Positions 45,210 through 54,173 of a stretch of DNA of 64,000 nt are shown here, in pieces. Both the position numbers and the translations under genes were made by a program. Position 1 is the stretch's first letter; each line of letters starts with the position of its first letter. A model generated the notes under the pieces. That model made no database searches, had not been told where the DNA came from, and worked only from the letters and a program-made list of their open reading frames with translations. The stretch covers positions 160,001 through 224,000 of the forward strand of contig CAVQXP010000001.1 in assembly GCA_963717935.1 (NCBI GenBank), given 5' to 3'. This stretch comes from Candidatus Eiseniibacteriota bacterium. GTDB lineage: Bacteria; Eisenbacteria; RBG-16-71-46.

Positions 45210-46883
45210 TCACAGCTCCACGAGGAGATGTTCGTTGACGCCGCGCGTCAGCGCGCGGACGTGTTCGGCGGCCAGGTCGCACAACGCCGGGACGACCGCT
45301 CGACCGCGGTGCGCCACCACCTCGAGCGAGGCAAGCCGCCGCTCCTGCAGCCGGTCCCCGGGCATCAGATAGTGGCGCAGACGAGGCCACTCCGGGTGCC
45401 TCCGCTCGAGGCGATGGCGCACCTTGCCGGTGAGACCCTCGAGCAGGCGCTGGAACTGATAGTCCACCTTCGCGCGGACCGATTCCACCAGTTGCGGCAG
45501 GCTCGCATCCACCTCGCGCGCCGAGGCGGTGAAACGCTCGAGACCGCCGAGGGCATCGGCGCGCGCCCGCTCCAGGTCCGCGCGCGGACCGACGGGCACC
45601 GACTGCTCGGCCAGCCGTCGCAGGACCGCGTCCGCGCCCGCCACGACCTCCCAGGCATCCACCTGCGCGGCCTCGATCAGCGTCACGGCAGCGGCCGGCA
45701 GCCAGGTGACCCCGAGGCGCGGCACCGGGCAGGCGGCCATGACCCCGAGAGCCTCGAAGACCTCGCGCAGCTGGGCGAGGTAGGCGATCTCGCCCGGACC
45801 GCACGCCATCGCCACCGTCGGGAAGACCGCGTCCTGCACGACCGGCCGCAGCGCCACGCTGGGCGAGAGCGCGCAGGCGTCCTGCATCGCGAGCGCCTCC
45901 GCCAGCGACAGCTTGCGCCGCGCGCCGTCCTCGATCGCGAAGACGAACGACTCGAGCGCGGCATCCGAGAGCGGACGCCGGCCCGTCCGGGCTTCCAGCC
46001 AGGCGCCCGCCCTGCGCGCGGCGCCGGCGATCTCCGCGGCGCTCGCCAGGTAGCGCTCGAGCACCGGTCGCGCGGCCGCCCGGAACGCGGGCAGCCGCGG
46101 GTCCACGACCACCAGCCCTTCCTCGGCGAACAGCGCCAGCATCAGGGCGCTGAACGCCTCGCCCAGGTCGCGCGCCTGCGCGAGCGAGCCCCGCAGCAGC
46201 TTCCCCGCCTCGCCATGCCCCCTCAGGCCGGCCCACGCCTGCAGCGCCTCCTCTCCCAGAGCCGCGAGCGGCACGACCGGGACCGCCCCGACCAGCCCCC
46301 CCGCGGCGTGCGCGCCATCGGGCAGCATGCGCTCCCGCAGCGTGAGACCGGGGTCGGCGAAGGTGGCCGAACGGATCTCGTCGAAGTCCGAATCCTCGCC
46401 GTGCATCCAGAAGAGCGGCACGCAGGCCACCCCCGTGCGCTCGGCGATGACCGTCGCGAGGCCCGCCGCGGTCGCGGTCTTGTGCAGCGAGTAGAGCGGT
46501 CCGCCGAGCGGCGCGGGCTGCTGGCCCGCCACCGCGCACGCGGCCTCGCCGCGCTCGAGCCGCCGGAGCGACTCGAGCGACCGCGACGAAGCGCCCAGGC
46601 GGCGGTGGTATTCGGCCAGTTCCACGGCGAGTGGTGCCGCGAGCGGCGAGAGCTTGGCCCGGGCGAGCGCCTGCAGGGCGGCCGTGTCGCTCCAGCGCAC
46701 GGCGAAGCGCTCCGCGGCCAGCGGCCCGCCCGCCACCAGGTCCTCGGTAATGGAGTCGAAGAGCCGGTCGTAGGGAGGCTCGGGCCGCGGCGCGACGCGC
46801 GCGCGCACGGTCACCGGGTTGCGGGCCAGCTCGGAAGGGCGACCGCGGTCGCCCGGGGACAGGAGGGCCATGGGCGAACGCAT
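45210..46883 (-). CDS. bshC: Bacillithiol biosynthesis cysteine-adding enzyme
   Basis: AGQQ..GGPLYSLHK, PLFWMHGEDSDFDEI, SPSVALRPVVQD, GPGEIAY, LQER. Confidence 0.92.
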   Translation of the reverse strand: MRSPMALLSPGDRGRPSELARNPVTVRARVAPRPEPPYDRLFDSITEDLVAGGPLAAERFAVRWSDTAALQALARAKLSPLAAPLAVELAEYHRRLGASSRSLESLRRLERGEAACAVAGQQPAPLGGPLYSLHKTATAAGLATVIAERTGVACVPLFWMHGEDSDFDEIRSATFADPGLTLRERMLPDGAHAAGGLVGAVPVVPLAALGEEALQAWAGLRGHGEAGKLLRGSLAQARDLGEAFSALMLALFAEEGLVVVDPRLPAFRAAARPVLERYLASAAEIAGAARRAGAWLEARTGRRPLSDAALESFVFAIEDGARRKLSLAEALAMQDACALSPSVALRPVVQDAVFPTVAMACGPGEIAYLAQLREVFEALGVMAACPVPRLGVTWLPAAAVTLIEAAQVDAWEVVAGADAVLRRLAEQSVPVGPRADLERARADALGGLERFTASAREVDASLPQLVESVRAKVDYQFQRLLEGLTGKVRHRLERRHPEWPRLRHYLMPGDRLQERRLASLEVVAHRGRAVVPALCDLAAEHVRALTRGVNEHLLVEL

Positions 46884-46936
46884 CCTAGGCCGGCGCTTCG
46901 GCGACGGTCAACCGGCAGGATGCCGGTCGCTTTCCC

Positions 46937-46965
46937 TTGACGCATCCGCGGAGCCGCGACAGTAT
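46937..46965 (+). promoter_or_regulatory. Sigma70-like promoter
   Basis: TTGACG-N17-CAGTAT in the divergent intergenic region. Confidence 0.45.
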
Positions 46966-47051
46966 CAGCCGCCTCTGCCCCGGCTGGCCGGCCTGCTGCC
47001 GGGTGTGCGGGCCGGCTGATGGCCCGGAGCGGGGCGCGAATTCCACCCTGA

Positions 47052-47248
47052 CCTGGACGATGCATGACCCGCTGCTGCGAACGTGATCTGACCGCGGTCT
47101 GCCGCGGCCCTGCGACTGGCCGCTCCGGGGTACCCACGCGCAGCGCGGGCCCGGGGCGCTCGACCCCGGCCGTGCCGCCACCAGTCCCAGAGCCTCGCAT
47201 CCCACGGTCATCTCGCATTCTCGCGACGCCGCTCATGAATCGTCCAGG
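47052..47248. mobile_element. MITE-like fold-back element (or structured ncRNA)
   Basis: 16-bp terminal inverted repeats, 15/16 match (CCTGGACGATGCATGA / TCATGAATCGTCCAGG), flanked by direct CTGA; nested internal complementarity. Confidence 0.5.
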
Positions 47249-47271
47249 CTGACGACGCGAGAGCCGACCAC

Positions 47272-48438
47272 GTGATCCCAGGCTCACTCTCCCCCGAAGA
47301 GACCCGCCAGGCCGCCGTCCACGCCGTCTGGACCTTCCCCTCCGTCCTGGCCAGCGCCTTCGTGGTCGCCTGGGGCGCCGAGGCCGCCCAGTTCTACATC
47401 TCCCAGGGCCTGGCCCTGGCGCTGCTCGCCTGGCTGCAGACCCTCCCCGAGTTCGCGGTGGAGGCCGCCATCGCCTGGCAGCAGGACGTGCCCCTGATGA
47501 CCGCCAATTTCACCGGGGCCCTGCGGCTGCTCACCGGGGTCGGCTGGCCGATGATCTGGGTCGTCTTCGCGGTCACGCGCTGGCAGCGCGGCAGCCGGGA
47601 CCGCTGGCCCAGCATCCAGCTCGACCACGAACATTCGGCCGAGATCGTCGGGCTCGTCCCGCCTTTGCTGTACTTCGTCTGGATCATCGTCAAGGGCACG
47701 CTCGGCCTCGGGGACGCGGCCGTGCTGATCGCGCTCTACCTGGGCTACCTGGTCCTGCTGAACCGCCTCCCTCCCAAGGAGCAGGAGGAGGTGGAAGACG
47801 TTGCGCAGGTCGCGCGTTTGGTGCTCCGCATGCCACCTCCGCTCCGCTGGCTGTCCATCGCGGGGTTGTTCCTGCTGGGGGGCACGGCCCTCTATTTCGT
47901 GGCGACCCCGTTCCTCGAGAGCATGAAGGGCCTCGCCCTGGCGCTCGGCATCGCGCCCTTCGTCTTCGTGCAGTGGGTCGCGCCGTTCCTGTCGGAGTTC
48001 CCCGAGAAGACCAGTGCCTTCTACTGGGCGCGCAGCCGCGGCAAGGCGGGGATGGCGCTCATGAACATGGTCTCCTCCAACATCAACCAGTGGACGGTGC
48101 TGGCCGCGATGATCCCCGTGGTCTACTCGATCTCGCTCGGGCACCCGGCCGCCGTCCCCCTGCAGGAACACCGGGTGGAGCTCAGCCTCACGCTGCTGCA
48201 GAGCATGCTCGGGATGGTGATCCTCGCCAACCTCCGCTTCGAAGGGTACGAGGCGGCCGGCCTCTTCGTACTCTGGTTCGCCCAGTTCCTGAAGCCGGGC
48301 TGGCGCGAGGAGATGTGCGTGCTCTACGCCATCTGGCTCGCCGTGGAGGTGGTCTCCGCGATCTGGCGGCCGGGCCGCCTGCACGCGTTCGCCGTGTTTC
48401 CGACGCTCTGGAGACAGGCGGGCCGCAGGCCCCGCTGA
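47272..48438 (+). CDS. Ca2+/cation antiporter (CaCA) family protein
   Basis: Alpha-repeat motifs QTLPEFAVE..ANFTGA and SEFPEK..NMVSSNINQ; about 10 TM helices. Confidence 0.82.
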   Translation: MIPGSLSPEETRQAAVHAVWTFPSVLASAFVVAWGAEAAQFYISQGLALALLAWLQTLPEFAVEAAIAWQQDVPLMTANFTGALRLLTGVGWPMIWVVFAVTRWQRGSRDRWPSIQLDHEHSAEIVGLVPPLLYFVWIIVKGTLGLGDAAVLIALYLGYLVLLNRLPPKEQEEVEDVAQVARLVLRMPPPLRWLSIAGLFLLGGTALYFVATPFLESMKGLALALGIAPFVFVQWVAPFLSEFPEKTSAFYWARSRGKAGMALMNMVSSNINQWTVLAAMIPVVYSISLGHPAAVPLQEHRVELSLTLLQSMLGMVILANLRFEGYEAAGLFVLWFAQFLKPGWREEMCVLYAIWLAVEVVSAIWRPGRLHAFAVFPTLWRQAGRRPR

Positions 48439-48450
48439 GCCACCGGGCCG

Positions 48451-50097
48451 TCAGCGCCCGGTGACGCGGCGGACGAACCCGCGCGCCAGGGACTCGATGG
48501 TCCGCAGCTCCTGCACGCGGAACAGGCGCATCAGGCCCCAGGTCAGGCCCATCATCAGCGCGGAGCCAGCCAGGACGACCGCGCCCTCGACCAGGAGGCC
48601 CCGGTGCCAGGCGGAGCCCAGCGACAGCAGCGCGGCCCAGCACACCAGCCCCGCCACCAGCGAAGCGGCGCCGGCGCGCAGGGAACTGTCGAGGATGCGG
48701 CGGCCGCCGAAGGGCCCGACCCGGCGGCGGATGTAGAAGAGCAGCTGCAGCAGGTTGAGCGTAACGGCCACGGAGCTGGCCAGCGCCAGCCCGCGGTGGC
48801 CCAGCCCGAGGAAGGCCAGCGGCCCGACGAAGAGCAGGTTGAGCGCGAGGTTCACCCCCACCGAGACCACGCTCGCCTTGACCGCGAGCCACGGGGCGTC
48901 GAGGGCGTAGAAGGCGCCGACCATCACGTTCACGCCCGCCGCGCCCGGCACCCCGAGGCCGTACATCACCAGGGCCCTGGCCGTCTGGACCGTGTCGACG
49001 GCGCCGAAGCGGCCGTGCTCGAAGAGCAGCGCCACGATGGGTTGCGAGAGCACGATGAGCCACACCACCGCGGGCAGGGTGGCGACGATGACCAGCCGCA
49101 GGGTGGACTCCAGCGTGTCCTTGAAACGCGGGAGGTCGGACGCGGCCATCGCGAGAGCCTGCTTCGTCATGCTGACCATGCCGAGGGAGACCCCCAGCAC
49201 GCCCACCGGCAGCTGCTGGAGCCGCAGCGCGTAGTAGAGCCACGAGACGCTGCCCTGCTGCAGATGACTGGCGATGAGCGTGTTCACCACCGTGTTGATC
49301 TGCCAGCCCGCGCTGCTCACCGTGGCCGGGACCATGAGCAGCGCCACGCGCCGCACGCCCGGGTGCCAGCGCGGCCACTCCCAGCGCAGCCGGAAGCCGA
49401 GCTTGTAGAGCGGCGGCAGCTGATAGGCGAACTGGAGCGCTCCTCCGACCAGCACGCCGATCGCCATCGCGAGCATGGCCGGCTGGCCGAAGGCCCGCAC
49501 GACCGGGATGAGACCGACCCCGACCACGACCATGCCCACGTTGAGCACTGCGGAGGCCAGCTGGGAGACGCCGTAGCGCTCGCGGGCGTTCAGCATCCCC
49601 ATGGCGACGGCTGCCAGCACGACCGCCGGCAGGAACGGCAGCATCACGCGGGTCAGGAGGATCGTGAGTCCGATCTTGCTGTAGCCGTCGAGTTCCTGCT
49701 GGACCTTCTCGAAGCCACCCGCCAGGAAGTGCACGATCTGCGGCGCGAACACCCAACCGATCGCGCACAGGCCGGCGAGCACCAGCAGCAGGGACAGCAT
49801 GAGCTGCCGGCTCAGCTCCCAGGCCTCTTCCTCCCCGCGGTTGCGGTCGTAGTCCGTGAAGGTCCGCACGAGGGAACGGGTCATCGAGCCCTCGGCCAGC
49901 AGGTCGCGCAGCAGGTTGGGGACGCGAAACGCCACGTTGAAAGCATCGGTCGCGAAGCCCGCGCCGAAGAAGACCGCCATCACCTGGTCGCGCAGGAGCC
50001 CCGTGATGCGCGAGACCAGGATGGCCGCGCCCGAGGCTCCGGCCCCCCGCGCCACACTGCGCTCGGCGCTCGCGCTGGCCGCGCCTCGGATTGTCAC
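48451..50097 (-). CDS. murJ: Lipid II flippase
   Basis: SRITGLLRD, DAFNVAFRVPNLLRDLLAEG, LYYALRLQQLPVGV, LFEHGRF, GLALASS. Confidence 0.93.
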   Translation of the reverse strand: MTIRGAASASAERSVARGAGASGAAILVSRITGLLRDQVMAVFFGAGFATDAFNVAFRVPNLLRDLLAEGSMTRSLVRTFTDYDRNRGEEEAWELSRQLMLSLLLVLAGLCAIGWVFAPQIVHFLAGGFEKVQQELDGYSKIGLTILLTRVMLPFLPAVVLAAVAMGMLNARERYGVSQLASAVLNVGMVVVGVGLIPVVRAFGQPAMLAMAIGVLVGGALQFAYQLPPLYKLGFRLRWEWPRWHPGVRRVALLMVPATVSSAGWQINTVVNTLIASHLQQGSVSWLYYALRLQQLPVGVLGVSLGMVSMTKQALAMAASDLPRFKDTLESTLRLVIVATLPAVVWLIVLSQPIVALLFEHGRFGAVDTVQTARALVMYGLGVPGAAGVNVMVGAFYALDAPWLAVKASVVSVGVNLALNLLFVGPLAFLGLGHRGLALASSVAVTLNLLQLLFYIRRRVGPFGGRRILDSSLRAGAASLVAGLVCWAALLSLGSAWHRGLLVEGAVVLAGSALMMGLTWGLMRLFRVQELRTIESLARGFVRRVTGR

Positions 50098-50127
50098 GCG
50101 CCGGACCCCATGCTAGCGTGCCGCGCC

Positions 50128-50961
50128 ATGCTCGCCGCCATTCTCGATCCCGCCGCCCAGGCCGCCGACAGCCTCACGCCCCTGCGTGCGGCCGTGCTCG
50201 GTGTGATCCAGGGCGTCACCGAGTTCCTGCCCATCTCCAGCAGCGCCCATCTGTACGCCGTGCCGGAGATGCTGGGCTGGAAGTACGGAGGCGTGGCCTT
50301 CGACGTGGCCCTCCACTGGGGCACGCTGCTGGCGCTGCTGGCCGCCTTCTGGCGCGACTGGCTCGGCCTCGCGAGCGGGGCCCTGAAGACCGGCCCCGAG
50401 GGCGGCACGGCCCGCTCGACGCTGCTGCGCCTCGCCGTCGCCAGCGTGCCCGCGGCGGTCGCCGGGTTGCTGCTCCAGGACGAGGCCTCGACCCACCTGC
50501 GCGCGCTGCCGCTGCAGGCCACGATGCTGGTGGTGTTCGGGGTCCTGCTCTGGCTGGTGGACCGCGGGCGCCAGGGCGGCCGGTACGCGGACGTGCCGGG
50601 CTGGGGCACGAGCCTGCTGGTCGGCGCGGCCCAGGCCGTGGCGCTGGTGCCCGGCGTGTCGCGTTCCGGCATCACCATGACCGCCGCGCGGGCGTCGGGG
50701 ATGGACCGCGTCTCCGCGGCGCGCTTCTCGTTCCTGCTCGCGACCCCGATCACCTTCGGCGCCGGGCTGGTCGAGCTGCGCCACCTGCCGCACGACCTGC
50801 CGGTCGCCACGCTCGCGGCGGGCGTGATCGCCTCGGCAGGGGTCGGGCTGCTGACCATCCATGGGCTCCTGCGCTGGCTCGGTCGCGCGGGTTTCGGAGC
50901 GTTCTGCGCGTACCGCGTGGCGTTCGCCGGGGCCATCGTGGCCTGGCTCGCCCTGCGCTGA
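50128..50961 (+). CDS. uppP: Undecaprenyl-diphosphate phosphatase
   Basis: QGVTEFLPISSSAHL, PGVSRSGIT, ARFSFLL, YRV. Confidence 0.95.
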   Translation: MLAAILDPAAQAADSLTPLRAAVLGVIQGVTEFLPISSSAHLYAVPEMLGWKYGGVAFDVALHWGTLLALLAAFWRDWLGLASGALKTGPEGGTARSTLLRLAVASVPAAVAGLLLQDEASTHLRALPLQATMLVVFGVLLWLVDRGRQGGRYADVPGWGTSLLVGAAQAVALVPGVSRSGITMTAARASGMDRVSAARFSFLLATPITFGAGLVELRHLPHDLPVATLAAGVIASAGVGLLTIHGLLRWLGRAGFGAFCAYRVAFAGAIVAWLALR

Positions 50962-51011
50962 CGCCGGGGAGTCCCTTCCCTTCGCATCGCGTCCTTCCTC
51001 GCCGCACGCTC

Positions 51012-51644
51012 TCAGCGCAGGCGGTCCTTCTTCGTCATCTTGTCGGCGAAGTAGCGATTGAGCCGCTCGCGCAGCGCGACGCGAGCCCGGTGCAATCGCG
51101 ACTTCACGGCCGCCACCGACAGACCGAGTTCCGTGCCGACCTCGGCGTTCGAGAGACCCCGGATGTCGCGCAGCACGAACACCGTGTGCAGCTCCTCGGG
51201 CAGGCGCTGGATGCCCTCCGCCATGACCTCCCGCATCTCCGCCGTCAGCAGTTCCTCGGCCGGCTGCGCCGACCAGTCGGGCAGCTGCAGCGGCTCGGCC
51301 TCCTCGTTCTGGCTCTGCGACTGGTCGAGCGAGATGTGGTTGTCGCGGCGCTTGCGGTACTTCATCAGGCTCGCGTTGGTCGCGATGCGGTAGAGCCAGG
51401 TCGAGAACGTGGACTCGGCCTTGAAGCCTTTCAAGCCGCGGTAGGCGGAGAGGAAGGCGTCCTGCAGCGCCTCGGCGGCATCGTCCTCGTGGCGCAGGAT
51501 CTTGTAGGAGAGCCGGTAGACCTTGTCCTGGTAACGGCGCACCAGCTCGTCGAAGGCGCGGTTCTCGCCGCCCTGGGCGAACCGCACCAGCTCCTCGTCG
51601 GGCCGCGTACGGTAGTCGATCGTCGTCCGCTGATGGTCGGTCAT
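51012..51644 (-). CDS. ECF RNA polymerase sigma factor
   Basis: AFDELVRRYQDKVY, FSTWLYRIATN, VFVLRDIRGLSNAEV..VKSRLHRAR. Confidence 0.93.
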   Translation of the reverse strand: MTDHQRTTIDYRTRPDEELVRFAQGGENRAFDELVRRYQDKVYRLSYKILRHEDDAAEALQDAFLSAYRGLKGFKAESTFSTWLYRIATNASLMKYRKRRDNHISLDQSQSQNEEAEPLQLPDWSAQPAEELLTAEMREVMAEGIQRLPEELHTVFVLRDIRGLSNAEVGTELGLSVAAVKSRLHRARVALRERLNRYFADKMTKKDRLR

Positions 51645-53272
51645 GAGTCCTGCCGCAAGGAGAAGCCCTTCTGCTGCCGCGCGAGCGGGCCCAGGTAGAC
51701 GGCCTCGCCAGCCAGGAGGGTACACGCTGGGCGAACGTTGTGCAGCAGGGAAGCAGGAAGCCGGTGCAGATCGGCGTCCCAGACCACCAGGTCGGCCGCG
51801 CACCCCGGGGCGATGCGGCCGAGCCCCGCCGAGCGGCCCGCCAGCGCCGCCCCGCCGGCCGTGTAGGCCCGGAGCGCCTGGTCGAGGCCGATGCATTCCC
51901 AGGGCGTGAAGCCCCCGGCAGGCGTGCCGTCGGTGCGCTGACGCGTGAGGGCCGCGTGCAGGCCGAGGGCCGGAACGGGGGCCTCGACCGGGGCGTCCGA
52001 GCCGAAGCCCACGGAGGCGCCCGTCTCGAGGAGGCTCCGCCAGGGGTAGGAGCGCCCGACGCGCGCGCCCCATCCCCGCTCGGCGATCTCGATGTCCGCG
52101 ACGCAGTGCGCGGGCTGCAGGCTGGCCCACACGCCCAGCCGGGCGAAGCGCGGCCCGTCGGCCGGGTCCAGCAGCTGCACGTGCTCGATCCGCGGCGGCA
52201 ACGCGAGCTTCGCGGCCGTCTCTGCGGACGCCTCGATGGCGTCGAGCGCCGAGCGAACGGCGCGGTCCCCGATGGCGTGGATCGCGACCGAGAGCCCGCC
52301 GCCAGCCGCCTGCGCCACCGCGCGCGCAAGCTCCGCCGGCGGCATCAGGTCCATGCCGGTCTCCGTGCTGCCCTCGTAGGGCTCCAGCAGGGCCGCGGTG
52401 CGCGAGCCCAGCGTGCCGTCGGCGAACAGCTTCACCGCCCCGTAGCGGAAGCGATCGTCCCCCACGCCGCTCTCGAGCCCCAGCGCCAGCGCAGCCTCGA
52501 GCCCCGCGTGCGGCAGGTGGGCGACCACGCGCAGGCACGGCAGGCTGGAGGCGCGCGTGAGCGCCCGAAGGAGCCGCAGCGCCTCGACACCCTCGAAGTC
52601 GTGCACCATGGTCACGCCGTGCTCGTGCAGCCGCCGCGCGGCGAACGCCAGGCGCTCGAGGTCCGAGCCGCGCACCGCGCGGGCCTCGAGCCCGGCGAAA
52701 AGCCGCACCGCATGTTCGCGCACGACCCCGGTGGGCTCGCCCGTCGCGTCACGCTCGATGCGGCCGCCTTCCGGGTCGGGCGTGCCGCGCGCCACGCCGG
52801 CTTCGCGCAGGGCCGCACTGTTCACCCACAGCGCGTGGTAGTCCTTGCTGTGCAACAGCACGGGCCGCTCGCCGCTCACCGCGTCCAGGCTCGCCCGCTC
52901 CGGTGGATCGCTCCAGGCGTTCGCGTCCCAGCCGCGGCCCGAGACCGGCCCGGCCCCCGGCTCCCCCGCGAGGAAAGCGGCGACCCGCCCGAGCGCCTCG
53001 CGGCGCGAGGCCGCCCCCGCGAGCGCCACCTCGTCGAGCGAGCGCGCCCAGGCCAGCAGGTGCAGGTGCGCATCCACCAGGCCGGGCGTCACCGTCGCGC
53101 CACCGGCGTCGAGACGCCCGGTGTCGGACCGCACGAGGGGCTCCAGTTCGGCCGCGCGCCCGACGGCCAGCACCCGCCCCCCCGCCACGGCGATGGCGTC
53201 CGCCCGCTCGTCCACGCGGCCGTCCGTCCAGACCCGGGCGTTCGTGACGAGGAGGCCGGCTCCCGGCTTCAT
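51641..53272 (-). CDS. Amidohydrolase (YtcJ-like)
   Basis: PGLVDAHLH, HALWVNS, KLFADGTLGSRTA, HAIGDRA, RIEHVQ, GSDAP. Confidence 0.9.
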   Translation of the reverse strand: MKPGAGLLVTNARVWTDGRVDERADAIAVAGGRVLAVGRAAELEPLVRSDTGRLDAGGATVTPGLVDAHLHLLAWARSLDEVALAGAASRREALGRVAAFLAGEPGAGPVSGRGWDANAWSDPPERASLDAVSGERPVLLHSKDYHALWVNSAALREAGVARGTPDPEGGRIERDATGEPTGVVREHAVRLFAGLEARAVRGSDLERLAFAARRLHEHGVTMVHDFEGVEALRLLRALTRASSLPCLRVVAHLPHAGLEAALALGLESGVGDDRFRYGAVKLFADGTLGSRTAALLEPYEGSTETGMDLMPPAELARAVAQAAGGGLSVAIHAIGDRAVRSALDAIEASAETAAKLALPPRIEHVQLLDPADGPRFARLGVWASLQPAHCVADIEIAERGWGARVGRSYPWRSLLETGASVGFGSDAPVEAPVPALGLHAALTRQRTDGTPAGGFTPWECIGLDQALRAYTAGGAALAGRSAGLGRIAPGCAADLVVWDADLHRLPASLLHNVRPACTLLAGEAVYLGPLARQQKGFSLRQDS

Positions 53273-54069
53273 GTCGTCGGGGCCTCGACGTGATTCACGA
53301 GCACGCCGATGCCCTGCACCTCGATCTCGACGACGTCCCCGGGGACCACGGGGCCCACCCCCGCGGGCGTGCCCGTCGCGATCACGTCGCCGGGTTCGAG
53401 CGTCATGATGTGCGAGATGAAGCTGACGAGGGCGGGCACCGGGTGCAGCAGGTCCACCGTGTTCCCGTGCTGGCGCTCCTCGCCATTCACGCGGCAGCGG
53501 ACGGCGAGTGCGCCGGGCGCCAGCCCCACCGCCACCCACGGGCCCAGCGGCGCGAACGTGTCGAAGCCCTTGGCCCGCGTCCACTGCCCATCCGTGCGCT
53601 GGTAGTTCCGCGCGCTGACGTCGTTGAAGCAGGTGTATCCCGCGACGTAGTCGAGCGCCGATTCCGAGGAGACCGCCCGCGCGCGCCGGCCGATGACCAC
53701 CCCCAACTCCGCCTCGGGGTCCAACCGCTCCACGCCGCGCGGGTACCGGATCGCCTCGCCCGTGGCGATGACGGCGCTGGGCGGCTTGAGGAACAGGAGC
53801 GGCTCGGCGGGCGCGTCGAGTCCTCCGGGCACCGCCGTCGCGCTCTCGGCGATGTGGTCGCGATAGTTGAGGCCCACGCACACGATCTTGGTGGGCTCGG
53901 CCGGGGGCAGGAGCACCGCGCGCGCCGCGGCGTCGCGCGGGCCGCTCACGCGGCCACCGAGCCAGGGCGGAGCCTCGAGGCGGACGAAGACGTCGCCCTC
54001 GCGGCGGCCCCAGCAATCCGCCCCTTCGAAACGATAGCGTGCGATGTGCTGGACTGCGGCGTCGGACAT
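53269..54069 (-). CDS. Fumarylacetoacetate hydrolase family protein
   Basis: KIVCVGLNYRDH, FLKP, EAELGVVIG, NDVSAR, KGFDTFAPLGP, TGTPAGVG. Confidence 0.93.
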   Translation of the reverse strand: MSDAAVQHIARYRFEGADCWGRREGDVFVRLEAPPWLGGRVSGPRDAAARAVLLPPAEPTKIVCVGLNYRDHIAESATAVPGGLDAPAEPLLFLKPPSAVIATGEAIRYPRGVERLDPEAELGVVIGRRARAVSSESALDYVAGYTCFNDVSARNYQRTDGQWTRAKGFDTFAPLGPWVAVGLAPGALAVRCRVNGEERQHGNTVDLLHPVPALVSFISHIMTLEPGDVIATGTPAGVGPVVPGDVVEIEVQGIGVLVNHVEAPTT

Positions 54070-54173
54070 CACCTGCCCCCCGATGCGGATGCGGCATTCT
54101 GGCGATTCCCGCACCGGCGGGCAAATCGGCTCGTTTGACCGCTCTCTGCGCGCTCTGCTAGCGTCTGCACACT

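Noticed and set aside
47010..47030. GCTGATGGCCC resembling the 3' part of a fluoride riboswitch
   Set aside because: The required upstream GGCGATG stem and pseudoknot partner are absent
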